A stretch of DNA of 64,000 nucleotides from Felis catus (lineage: Eukaryota), in NCBI RefSeq assembly GCF_018350175.1, contig NC_058368.1, forward strand, positions 167,712,001 through 167,776,000, in the 5' to 3' direction. Each line of letters opens with the position of its first letter. The stretch's first letter is position 1. A program made the position numbers and the translations under genes. Of the stretch, positions 51,160 to 62,635 are shown piece by piece. The notes beneath the pieces were generated by a model. That model saw only the letters and a list, made by a program, of their open reading frames with translations, made no database searches and was not told the origin of the DNA.

Positions 51160-51720
51160 TTCTCTCACATCGCCTTTGTTTTGATCTACAGAAGTCTGCT
51201 GAGTTTCTTCTGGGCCTTGTCATGTTAACAAAAACAAATGTAATAATATGCACTTGAAAAGGCTCGCATGTCTTGATATTTTAATAAGCTTTTGATTCTA
51301 CAGGGACCTCTGAGGCTTTTAAAAGTTTAAAGTTAATAAAGAGAGTAAAAGAAAAAAATATGAATTGTTTTTAATTATTATTATACAGGATTAACCAAGC
51401 CAGTTGTGTATAATTAGACAGTAGCTACCTTGCATTGTAGAGGCAGTAAATAGGCCCACAGGGGGGCTGCCAGAAGGCTGAGGTGTTTACAAGACACTGG
51501 AGATGTTTTCGCCAAGCACATAATCCCTGTTGCAGTTACTATTGCTTTTATAATGGATGTGTTCATTACGACCAGAGACTAATCTGTGTATCTATCATCT
51601 TTCTAGCCCAGATGACTCTGGAGTGGGGGATGACAGTGGAGAGTGTACAATATAATTCGGTGGTAAAATTATTAAGAGAGCCTATTAGCATACAGCTTTT
51701 TTTTTTGTGGCTTTATTTTT
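51160..51720. promoter_or_regulatory. candidate developmental enhancer / conserved non-coding element
   Basis: Non-repetitive AT-rich block dense in SOX, FOX, homeodomain (TAATTA, TAATCC) and TGACAG motifs; motif-only evidence. Confidence 0.4.
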
Positions 51721-52290
51721 GTTGCCATTGCTGAAAGGAATTTTAAGAAGTTAAATAAACAATTGCCAGAGGAGTGATGATTAAGATATTGCTAAGAAAG
51801 TTTTTTTTTTTTTTTTCCCTTAAATACCTCCAGCAGTGAAAGCAATGGGCCAGGAGTCCTAGGCCTTTGTTATGAATCCGTCTATGACTTTAGGGAATTC
51901 ATTCATTAATTTAACATTTATTGAGTGCTGCCATATGCCAGGCGTTGTCGTAAGTGTTGTTGGAGGAAAATAATGACTAAGAAATACTGGATCCTTCTAC
52001 CTAGGTGTTCTCAAACAGAGATATCCCTCAGAGTTGCCAGGGGAGCTTCAACATACAATTAATCAGTGAAGACCCCAGCCCAGACTTAATAGAGCTGGAA
52101 GCATTTCCAGGATATGACCTGGGCATAGGCATTTTGAGAAAGTGTTTCAGTAATTCTGAAGGTCTCTGACTGGAGTGGAAGTGAATATAATTACACAATA
52201 AAATATATGAGTGCTATGAAAGAAGAGTGTGCTCTGAGCTTCCAGTTCTTTATTTTTATAGTGGCAATAATAATACCTGTCCTATATATC

Positions 52291-52585
52291 TATGTTAGGT
52301 CGGGTTCCCAAGGGAGCACCCTCCAAGAAGGAGCATGTAGGAAGTTTACTGAGGCGTGCTCTCAGGATAAGCCATCTTTGGGAGTGAAATGGACTAGTCA
52401 TTGGCGCCTCCCTGGCAGGGATGTGATTTGGGGCAAGGCAGCTCGCTCCAGCTCGGGGCCAATTCCTGGAGTGGATCAGCTGACAGCCATCAGCTACCAC
52501 CTCCACCCGCAGTCCCACTAGGAGGAGGAATGAGACCCTTAGTCTTGAAAGGGCATCTGGGTGACATGCCACAGCATCCGCTACA
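52291..52585 (-). mobile_element. LTR16C-like ERVL LTR, internally deleted
   Basis: TTAGGTCGGGTTCCC...GGGCAAGGCAGCTC...GGGCATCTGGGTGACATGCCACAGCATCCGCTACA. Confidence 0.7.
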
Positions 52586-54429
52586 GTATCCTACAGAAAC
52601 AGATGTTGAAATGGAGACTAGGAACTACTTCAGAAGATAAGAGGTTGCTCATTTTCTATTATTAACCCATAAATAGATTTGCTTTTGACAGTGGCTTTTG
52701 AATTCTATGCATTTTCGATGTGAGAATGATCTATGACATATGTTGCCTCATGATTACCACGGTTGATTAGGCTGAGCTGGCTGGCTGGGCTAGCACCCTA
52801 TTCTTCTCCCAAAGCTTCTTGGGTCCTTCTAAAAACTGCACCTGACCACTTGGGCTGAGAAGGTACATTTCCAGGGAGAGAATAATCAACTGTTGATAAG
52901 AGACATAACGGGGCTGAGCTACACACTTTACACCTGCTTGCACACTTTACACACTTTACACCAGGTTGCACGTTCTACTTGGCGGCATACCGTAGCCACA
53001 TCAAAAGTGGGAGTTCTTTTATTTACATTTGTTAAATATTTTTCCTACTCAAAGATGAGTTGCTGGAGTCATCTCATGCATTCAAACAAAGAGCTTAAAC
53101 TCTGTGCTTCTCCATTCCAGCATCTAGAAATGCAGGGGCTAATTAAAATGACCTTTAAGATCCATCTCTCCGGCTCTAACATTCTATGATCCCTTGAGTA
53201 TTTATCTGGGGCTGGGAGAACCATATTTCCTCCCAGACAAGAATAGGCAATGTAAGGAGACCTCCACACAGAAGCCTGTTTTGCTAGAGTGGAAGCATTA
53301 TAAAATTCCTCTAATGTAACAACAAACCTGCAAGGAGATTTTTTTTTTCTATGCAGTTTCTCCACTGCCATCTCTTCCATATCTACACTGGAGCTGGGAG
53401 GTCAATAAGTACTTAGCCATGACTGCAGGTGAGATGCAAATAGGAAGACAATACCAACAGGACGAAGAAAAATGATTGAAATTGGGTACAAAGTTGAAGC
53501 CTCCGCCATTGTCTTGGCTGGACATATATTACAATTAATCCTCAAATCATGTTTACCCATGTTATTGATGCAGTTAAGCAATCAGGATGAGAAGTATCAA
53601 TTTAAACAAAAAACTTTACATTTATTTAAAGAGCCGTCTCTCATCAAGCTGCTCCATGTCTCAGCATGGTCAAGAATATTGTAAATAACAAAATACGCTC
53701 CATGCAGCTGCCCTGGAGCCCAGAACTCCCTGTTCTGGGAATTGAAAACTGCAAAGCGGTTCACTGGGGGATAGTAAGCTGAAGTATAAGTGGTTAGAGC
53801 TAGATGGATACTTGGAACTCGAGAATGCTGGTTGTAAGCCTAGATGGCAAAGTGGAGAAGAGTTTCCAATGTATTCGCTTGGTTTTTAGGACTTTGAGTT
53901 TCAACCACAGGCCATTGGATATACGAATAGGTATTTGTATAAATACATGTCTGTATAACATTTACATAATTTTCTTCTCCCTGGGCGGGAACCAGAGATG
54001 AAGCCACCAGGATAACCGGCTAGGCTTGGGACCAGACCACTTTGGGGACCTGAAAAGGAACTTTGGAGGTGAGGCAGTTGCCAGGATTTGGGAACTTGGA
54101 AGACTGAATGAAATGACAAAATGGTTTTAAAAAAGATAAAAGAATTACTTTGGAGCAGAATTGGCTAGGAGGAATGCTAATGGTCTGCTTTTATTATGTC
54201 GTACAGAAAGAGAAATCCTGAGAAGCCACAAAGAACACTCAGCCCCATGGAATAACTGTGAGGTGTAGAAGAGGAATTTAAAAAGAAAAATTTGAGACAG
54301 GCATTAGGGAAGAGACAGAACTTCCATATTCCGAGGGGACAGTGAGCACACTCAAGGCATTTAAAAATTGAGGTTGAATTAAACTCTTGGAAATATTTTC
54401 TATTGTCGGCAACGATTCTGTGCTGGCCC

Positions 54430-54715
54430 AGTGGGATGGAGTACATCATCTAACAAGACGTTTTCATTTCTAATTTCTTTAACTCCATGGAAAATCCTTC
54501 CTGAATTCTCCACAACTCTCTGGGTGTTTACTAAGTGAAATAACTTAGTGCCCTCCACAGCCCTCACTAACATACTATCTACTTGTTCCTCCAAATCAAT
54601 AATAAACACATTAAATAACATTGGTCCCCAAACGGACCCAAATGCACCACATTATTAACCTCCCTCCACTCCAGGAGACCAACTGACACTCTTTCCTGCT
54701 GCTTAGCTGGTTTTG
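54430..54715 (-). mobile_element. CR1/L3 LINE reverse transcriptase fossil
   Basis: With one frameshift reads EWREVNNVVH/GSVWGPMLFNVFIIDLEEQVDSMLVRAVEGTKLF, aligning to CR1 RT W-x-x-V-T-SGVPQGSVLGPxLFNIFINDL...KFADDTKL. Confidence 0.8.
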
Positions 54716-55009
54716 TGAAAACCCCCAGACTTTGATTGCTCCTGCCCAGCTTAAAGAACAGTCGAACTCTGCTTCCGTTCTTTCCTGACTAGCGCTGCAT
54801 TACTATCAGGCTGGGGGCCTGGACTCCTGGGTGCCGGGGGTTGGGGATAACCCCAGTCCATGTGATGGGAGGCCCACGTGATTGAGCAAAGAAGGAAAAG
54901 AAAACAGAAAAAAAAGTTTATTGTTCTGGCTGAAAATTCAATTGCTCTACCATTTTTCAATCCCATTGAGAAATGCCAATGTTCTTTCCCACCGTCTGGC
55001 AGTGGCAGA

Positions 55010-55365
55010 TTTGACCAGGTGTCTCCACACAGAGTGGGTTCTCACAGTTGGGCTGCGTGTGTGTCATAAAGCTAAATAAGGAGCCAGTTCAGTCCGCCAC
55101 CCCCCTTTGCTTCTGCCGGCCAGACACACTTCCCCATATGACAGTCTTATAAATAGCTGCTAAGCAGCTGGTCCTCCTCTCACCTCCTGACTCCATCAGA
55201 TTCCCCCACCAGAAGCCCCTGACAGTCATGCAGCTGGGAGCTCTCCCTTTTCCTCCTTCTCCCCTCTGTACCCTCCACCTCTGACATGTGGCCACCCCCT
55301 CAGCTATGTCCACTATAACTACCCAGGGATTGACTTGGGTGGGAAAAGGACTCAAGGAGGTGAGG
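55010..55365 (+). promoter_or_regulatory. candidate muscle-type enhancer or TATA promoter
   Basis: MEF2 consensus TTATAAATAG 55147-55156 overlapping TATAAATA; CAGCTG E-boxes 55165 and 55231; TGACAG 55139 and 55220; two CCACCCCC boxes; donor-like GAG|GTGAGG at 55359. Confidence 0.4.
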
Positions 55366-56769
55366 GCTGGATTTGACCACAGAAGCAAGCTGTCACCCAA
55401 CTAAACGAGGGGATGGAAGGTTGGGAGACACCGCAGTGAGACACCCGACAGCCTATAGTCCAGGAGCCAGATGGCTGACCCAGCAAAAATCCCAGGAATC
55501 ATTCTGGAGTGAGTCAAACATTATAAATATCTGTGGGTATCTGCTATGCCTCTATACATGTACATATTTGAGGATCGTTTTCGGGCAAATAAATATATAA
55601 TAAATGCATTATTATTAAAGTTTACAAAGTACTAAGAATATATCCTGAGTTCAAATTGAAGGTAGGATTTAGAATAAGGAAAATATGTAAAAGAAAGATT
55701 TGGAAGCCAATATGTAATAAGGAGGTGATAAAGTAGAAGTGTTTTCTTCCTAAATACTGTTGACATTTATAAAAACTCAGGCACTACTTCACATGGTATC
55801 AGAGCTGCAGGGATGGCCGAAGGGACTCAAGTCATTTTACAGGAATTAATTGAGTGCCACTATGTGCCAGGCAGGTGATGCAAAGAGGCATCTCCTGGTC
55901 TTGATCAGCCCCTGGGCTGGTGACACAGCCACACAAGTAGAGGGCCAGTAGATGGTGTAGAAGGTGGAGTGGTCAATTTTGCTTTTGGGAAAGAGCATTG
56001 TGGGGGTCTACAGAGAGGATACAAGGCAGTCTAATCTATATGGACAGCAGGAGGTCAGGTAGGAGACAATGTATAGTTGTGGCAGGTCTAGGAAATAGTG
56101 AACAAACAGATCTCGATTGTCACCTGAAGAATCCTTCCATTTTCTTGTCTACTTAACATGGGTGGACCTGAATGTTTAAATCTCTCATAGTTTAAATCTC
56201 CTATTAGGGAGTCTTCAAGATAAGTTTCCCAAAATACCCACACATTTCACTGTAAATGCGTAGACATGCCTGCCACTGAGGGACCCTTCACAGACTGGAC
56301 ATAATCTCTGCCACAGCTAATGTTGGCCCAGGACTCCCTCCTGTGTTAACACACACCTAAACACTATTTGGCTCTTTCATGGGCAAGGCAAAGGCCCAAG
56401 GGCAGATACAACAGAGATCACTGTGAAGGGGGAGCACAGACACATCCTGAAGTGCTGGTGGGGCCCAGGCAGAGGGCAGGTAGACAGGGCTGGGCAGAAG
56501 CTGGCAATGTCCTCTTCAGAGGTCAGCCAATTTGCCACATTCTCAGGGAAGGCTTTTCCAGCCCTTCATTATATATTTTCATCACACCATGTATCTTTTC
56601 TTCACAACTCCATTGTCCTTGTATGATTATTTATTGATGTACGTTCCTTTCTAGAGGACAGTCAGCAGAATGGCTTTCTTTTCCACCGAATTTCCGACTG
56701 CTATCACCTGCCTTGCATTCAGGAAATAACTATTTCTTAAAAGATTATAGGAGCTGGTATATATTGAGA

Positions 56770-56945
56770 AGTTTATATTATACAGTTTAACCTTCAACAA
56801 CTACTCTTGAAATAAATAATAATTGACCCCATCTTACAGATGAGTGAATGGAGAATCAAAGGATTGAGTAACTTACCAATGTTAATGAGTAGCTGAGCTG
56901 GGGCTGAACTCTGGCCATCTGACTTTAGAGTCCATGCATTACCAC
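56770..56945 (-). mobile_element. MIR
   Basis: CCCCATCTTACAGATGAG...GAGTAACTTACCAA...CTGACTTTAGAGTCCATGC. Confidence 0.75.
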
Positions 56946-57629
56946 CTTGCATGGGCTAGGACAGGCCACCAGGTGGGCCTGGTGGCTGAAGAGGAAAGCA
57001 GAGTGGCCCAGCGAGGGAGAAGCAGAGAAAGTGTCAGATAAAGTGGTGGGGGGGCATACAGAAATCCACTCGTCCGTTTCTGCGGAAGAGGCCTGGAATT
57101 CTGGCTTCACCACTAGCTTGCCTCCATCTCAGCTGTTTCGAGAGTATTTTAGCCTGTGAGTGAGGCTGGTCTTCCTTAACAGATGCTGCCCACCCACTTG
57201 GACTGGTCTCCCCAGCTGTGCATTGCTGTATTCAAGCTGTTGAATGTTTCCTCAGGTGTCCCAGAGGGAGCAGGTGCCTCCAGCTCCTTACAAAGCCTTT
57301 CCTACTGTCACCCCTGACCTAAGCCCTGTTCTTGGGAGCCTTGGCACAACAGGTGAGAGGCCAGGTGGCTGGGGATTCAAGGGTCACGGAGTTTCTGGGA
57401 AATACAGAAGGCGAGACTCACAAAGATTGTCATCACATGGTTAAATCTGAAGTGGCCCGTGACCCCTCAGAGCCTGGGATTTGGATGGTCTCCTGCAAGT
57501 CCGAGACTTTCTCTATGTCAAAGCTATTTCATTACTTCTAAGTATTAATTTGATACCAACTGAACAATATTTTGTAATGTCCTGAAAGTCAACCTGGCTT
57601 CATCAGAGTAGTTTTCTTCAGTGAACTGA

Positions 57630-57830
57630 ACCTGTTAAGTGCTCTCTACTTATTGTCTCGTTTGATGCTCACCTGGTGATTAGGTATTAGTATCTGAAGT
57701 TTACAGATGAAGAAACCAAGGCTCAGAGGAGCGACTGTAATTATTGGATGTTGTCAGGGAGTGAATGGTGGTGTTGGGAGCAGAACCTTGATCTTTCTAA
57801 ATGTAGAGTTCAACATCTTGGCAATCACGG
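57630..57830 (-). mobile_element. MIR
   Basis: TTTACAGATGAAGAAACCAAGGCTCAGAG. Confidence 0.65.
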
Positions 57831-59287
57831 AATTCTGGGTTAATAACTCATTATGGCTGCTAAGATACTACCTGTACATTTTTTTCCATTTTTGGCTCTT
57901 GAAAATGAGATCCTTTGAACAGTCAGATCCGTTACTTATAATATTGTAAGTAGTTAATGTGAGAGTTTCTTTCTTAATCAACAATTTGATTATTTAATGA
58001 CTTTTTTTAAGATATGAGGAACCAAACTAAAAATCCCATCTCAGTCTGCAGTCCAAAATCTAGGGGACCTAACCTTTCTTTTCTTAAAGAAAAGCGCCAG
58101 GGGGAGAAAATGGGGGCAACATTGTTTGAATGGTTTCATTTGGGGATTATTATTATTATTATTGGTGCTCAACTGAACAACAGCTTTTGTCTAAAAAATT
58201 AAATGTGACAAGAAATTAATCCACATTGTGATCTAATTATTTTTAGAATTATGAGAAAAATGTAAGGTGTCTCAAGCATTTAGCTTTGAAAAGTGTCTGT
58301 GGAAATTAACTTTCATTACCTTTCATAAAGGTTTTTAGTTTTCTTGCCATCCTTAAATGGCATTTTCAACAGTCACTAATACCACTATTGCTGTCATGTA
58401 AGGACACTAGCATAGAAGGCAGTGTTCCATAAAAAGCCTGACTTTAAAGAACATGTGACTTGTGATGGTCTGGGCTTGTTCAAAGTGTAATTTATTAAAT
58501 TCGTGAATCAGAATGTAGAGTAGGATCAGACACCCAGCCAGTTTCCTGACTTCCTCACATCTCTGAAGGATCAACGGTTAAGTACGAAGGAATATCAAAC
58601 ACAGGGAGCTTCCTTAAGGGATGTGAAAAGTAATAGCAATTTGACCTTTGAAAATTAGATTACATTGGACTCAATATAATGCAAAAGTGGAATAGAATTA
58701 GTTAAGTGAATTAAAAATATTGGAATTAGGAAAATAGAAATCGTGATTGTGGCATTTTTTTTATAACAAATGCTTTAGAAATATTCAGTACACCCATCTT
58801 CCCCAAAATATGTCCCTCCCTGTTGTAGGCCCCAGTGACCTATATACTGGTTATTAAAGTTGATCTTTGGGGAAAAGTCACTGAATCCAGAAGACATCAA
58901 CCAAACTTAAAAGGTAATCTGGGAAGGAACTTGTTATGTTGTCTATTCTTAGGAAAAGTGCTGTTTATTACACCATTCAGGAAAGAACAAATCACAGGTT
59001 AACTACCAGTTTTGTACCAGAAGTAGCAGAAATTCTATTGTGAGGAGAGTGAAGGGAAAGTAACAGGAAAGGGAGAAAACATATGGCCTTCACAAGAGAG
59101 GGAGCCACAGCGAGTAGTGAGTGGAAAGTGCAAAACCCCCAGAGCTGAGGGAAGTAAAGAAAGGAGCTCTGGGCATGGAGAAAGCCAAGAGATGCTAAAC
59201 TTTATTTACTACGCAGTTCTGTGGCCCTTTCTGCCATTTGAGATCCAAAGTTCAATGCTAGCACATGGTTGGCTATCTGCATTCTTT

Positions 59288-59505
59288 TTTTTTTTTTTTT
59301 TTAATTTGTTTGTTTTTGAGAGACAGATAGAGACAGAGCACAAGTGGAGAAGGGGTAGAGAGAGAGGGAGACACAGAATCCAAAGCAGGCTCCAGGCTCT
59401 GAGGTGTCAGCACAGAGCCTGATGCGGGGCTCGAACTCACAAACCTCGAGATCACGACCTGAGCTGAAGTCGGATGCTTAACCAACTGAGATACCCATGT
59501 GCCCC
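59288..59505 (-). mobile_element. Can-SINE (left member of tandem pair)
   Basis: TSD GGCTATCTGCATTCTTT at 59271-59287 and 59507-59523. Confidence 0.96.
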
Positions 59506-59521
59506 AGGCTATCTGCATTCT

Positions 59522-59745
59522 TTAAAAAAATTTTTTTTGTTTAACATTTACTTATTTTTGAGACAGAGAGAGACAGAGCATGAATGGGGGAGGGTCAGAG
59601 AGAGAGGGAGACACAGAATCCCAAGCAGGCTCCAGGCTCTGAGCTGTCAGCACAGAGCCCGACGCCGGGCTTGAACTCACGGACTGCGAGATCCTGACCT
59701 GAGCCGAAGTCTGACCCTCAACCGACTGAGCCACACAGGTGCCCC
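59522..59745 (-). mobile_element. Can-SINE (right member of tandem pair)
   Basis: TSD CT(A/G)TCTGCATTCT at 59509-59521 and 59746-59758. Confidence 0.96.
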
Positions 59746-60313
59746 CTGTCTGCATTCTGAAACATCTAATCTCCTGAATAATATTGTTAAGCCCCAGCGA
59801 AGATTGTCTTACGTCCTCAAAACAAAAGGCGACCACATCTGAATTCCATGGAGGTCTATGGTTAGGTGGGAGATGATGGGGGTGGATTCTGCCCCAGAAT
59901 ACAAAGAGGAATTCAACAGTGGAAGCACTTAGGTGAGATAAATGACAAACTAACCTGTCAAATTCATCCTCTCACAAATCTTGAATGCAATGAATTTACA
60001 TAACAAAGCACCATTTCCCAATGGTGTCAAGTATCCGTTTGCTTGCTTCTCTTCTTACTCCAACTGGGAATTACAAAGTACTCACACATGAGTATGACAT
60101 TCACAACACTTACACATGGCTGCCAATGTGTATTACTCTGAAATTTGTATGTACACATGGGTCTATATGTAACATGAATGAACATGATACTGATGCTTTA
60201 CATTGACGGGTAGGTGGGAATTTAAGAGTAGGGTTGCAAATAGTTTTTTTTTTTTTTTTCCAATGAGACTATGTGATAAGATTTATTTTTAAAAACTTAA
60301 AAATCTAGCTTTT

Positions 60314-61129
60314 ATTATTTTATTTTAGTTTTTTATTCTCAACTTAGTTAACATACAGTGTAGTCTTGGCTTCAGGAGTAGAATCCAGTGGTACATCACT
60401 TACGTGTAACACCCAGTGCTCATCCCAAAAAGTGTCCTCCTGAATGCCTATCACCAATTCTCCCCACCCCCTCAACCCTCAGTTTGTTCTCTGTATTTAA
60501 GAGTCTCTTATGGTTTGCCTCCCTCTCTGTTTTTATCTTATTTTTCCTTCCTTTCCCCTAAGATCATCTATTACGTTTCTCAAATTCCACATGTAAGTGA
60601 AATCATGTGATATCTGTCTTTCTCTGACTTATTTTGCTTAGCATAATAGCCTCCACTTCCATCCACGTTGTTGCAAATGGCAAGATTTCATGCTTTTCCG
60701 TTGTTGTGTAGTATTGCATCATATATATATATATATGCATATATATGCATCATATATATATATATGCATATATATGCATCATATATATATATATGTATAT
60801 ATATATATATTGGCTATTGTTGTTAGCCAAGAATTGGCTATTGTTGATAGCACTGGCATAAACACTGGGGTAAATGTGCCCCTTTCAATCAGCATTTTCA
60901 TGTCCTTTGGATAAATTCCCAGTAGTGCAATTGGGTCATAGGGTAGTTCTATTTTTAATTTTTTGACAAAACTGCACACTGTTTTCCAGAGTGGCTGCAC
61001 CAGTTTGTATTCCCACCAACAGTGCAAGAGAGCTCCCCTTTCTCCACATTCTTGCCAACATCTGTTGTTTCCTGAGTTGTTAATTTTAGCCATTCTGTAA
61101 GGTGGTATCTCATTGTGGCTTTGATTTGT
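60314..61129 (-). mobile_element. 5'-truncated carnivore L1: ORF2 C-terminus plus 3'UTR
   Basis: ORF 60779-61183 gives [29 protein letters not shown]...IELPYDP; exact TSD AAAATCTAGCTTTT at 60300-60313 and 61130-61143. Confidence 0.95.
60716..60810. repeat. (TA)n/TGCA compound microsatellite inside L1
   Basis: Direct reading; higher-order unit CA(TA)nTGCATATATATGCAT. Confidence 0.95.
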
Positions 61130-61241
61130 AAAATCTAGCTTTTGAATGTTTATTTTATAATTATTAAAATGATAAATTATCATAATTCGTATAGTGCTTT
61201 TTAATTTTAATAGGTTATTTTGAATATTTTAAAAGAAAAAT

Positions 61242-61443
61242 ATTTTTATTGTAAAAACACATCACATAAAATTTATCATCTTAGTCATTTTTAAGTGTAT
61301 AGTAGTGTTACTATATGCCTTTTGTTGTACAACAGATCTTTAGAACATTTTCATCTTGCAAAGCAGAACCTCTATATCCTTTCAACAATAATTCCCCTTG
61401 CTCTCCCCTTTCCAGACCCGGGCAATCATAACACTGCCTTCTG
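61242..61443 (-). mobile_element. L1MB-type 3' end
   Basis: CACATAAAATTTATCATCTTAGTCATTTTTAAGTGTA...AGAACATTTTCATCTTGCAAA; TSD TTAAAAGAAAAAT at 61229-61241 and 61444-61456. Confidence 0.85.
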
Positions 61444-61490
61444 TTAAAAGAAAAATTATTTTAAAAATATAAAACAATTTTAACTTTTTT

Positions 61491-61727
61491 ATTTAAAAAA
61501 AAAATTTTTTTTTCAACATTTATTTATTTTTGGGACAGAGAGAGACAGAGCATGAACGGGGGGGGGGGGGGGTGGGGGCAGAGAGAGAGGGAGACACAGA
61601 ATCGGAAACAGGCTCCAGGCTCTGAGCCATCAGCCCAGAGCCCGACACGGGGCTCGAACTCACGGACCGCGAGATCGTGACCTGGCTGAAGTCGGTCGCT
61701 TAGCCAACTGCGCCACCCAGGCGCCCC
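61491..61727 (-). mobile_element. young SINEC_Fc-type Can-SINE
   Basis: Same subfamily as 25943-26163; TSD AATTTTAACTTTTTT at 61476-61490 and 61729-61743. Confidence 0.97.
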
Positions 61728-62489
61728 TAATTTTAACTTTTTTAAAATTTACTTTCATTTGCATTTTAATGAAAATAAATTTTTCACATTTTTATATAAG
61801 CTAATAATATAACTATATCTTAATGTTTTAAGATATTTAGACGTTACTCTTAATAGAACACAAATTATATGAAAATGTTACCTAAAACATCTTAATTAAT
61901 GATTTTGTTAAAATGAATGAAAAATTTTTATGACATAAATATATGATAGTTTATGAATTATGTATATCTTTATTTTGTTATTCATTCAAACACCTTCAGC
62001 TCATCAACGGAACACTCAGACATATGCAATAACAATTAATTCAGTCATTTTTGACATTTTGCCAACTTTAGATCATATAAAGGCTATAATTTTACCTATA
62101 TTTTTCAATTTTGTCTCTATGAAATATATTTGTCAAGGAAGGGAAATAGAACATATTTTAACAGCTTATTAGCTTTAAATATTTCGGCATATGGTATGCG
62201 GGTGTTTATTTGTCATCTTGTCCTGGCCCCTAAAATATGGGCTGCCTGATTTCAATTGCATGCCTAATTATCTGTCTTTACCAGGCTACCATAAATTTTG
62301 GAAGAACAATTATTTGTTTTGCTTATTGTATCTCCTGTGTCTGGTATAGACCTGGTATATAATTGATCCTCCTAGAAATGAGTTGCCCTTCATTGAACTT
62401 TGAAGTCACCTTCATTGATGACAACTCATTGAGCTATTGAGCGTGGGCCACTGTATTAAAAATTCACGTTATGTGCACACTAAGTACTA

Positions 62490-62635
62490 CAGGCAGTAAG
62501 TCTTGCTAAATCCAAGACTATAATATGGGGATAATATTACCTACTTCACAGGGTTGTTGTGAACATTTGAAAAGATAATTCATACGAAGAACTTAGCACA
62601 GGGCTGGCGCAGAGTATCCACCCAGTTAAATGGTG
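62490..62635 (+). mobile_element. MIR 3' part
   Basis: ATGGGGATAATATTACCTACTTCACAGGGTTGTTGTGA...CTTAGCACAGGGCTGGC. Confidence 0.8.

Larger units (their letters stand above)
60240..62248. mobile_element. second Zaphod/MER115-like fragment hosting three insertions
   Basis: Ends TTTAAATATTTCGGCATATGGTATGCGGG...GCCTG; reverse-complement similarity to 21639-22500; left boundary uncertain. Confidence 0.6.

Noticed and set aside
52918..52972. Repeated CACACTTTACAC units
   Set aside because: Short slippage-type duplication with no further structure.
55934..55958. Two overlapping CTCF-like motifs
   Set aside because: Only 11/14 and 12/14 with mismatches at informative positions, in probable L2-derived sequence.
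13236..59758. Repeat-spacer-repeat patterns as a CRISPR-like array
   Set aside because: The short repeats are target-site duplications around SINE and L1 bodies in mammalian DNA; no cas genes.
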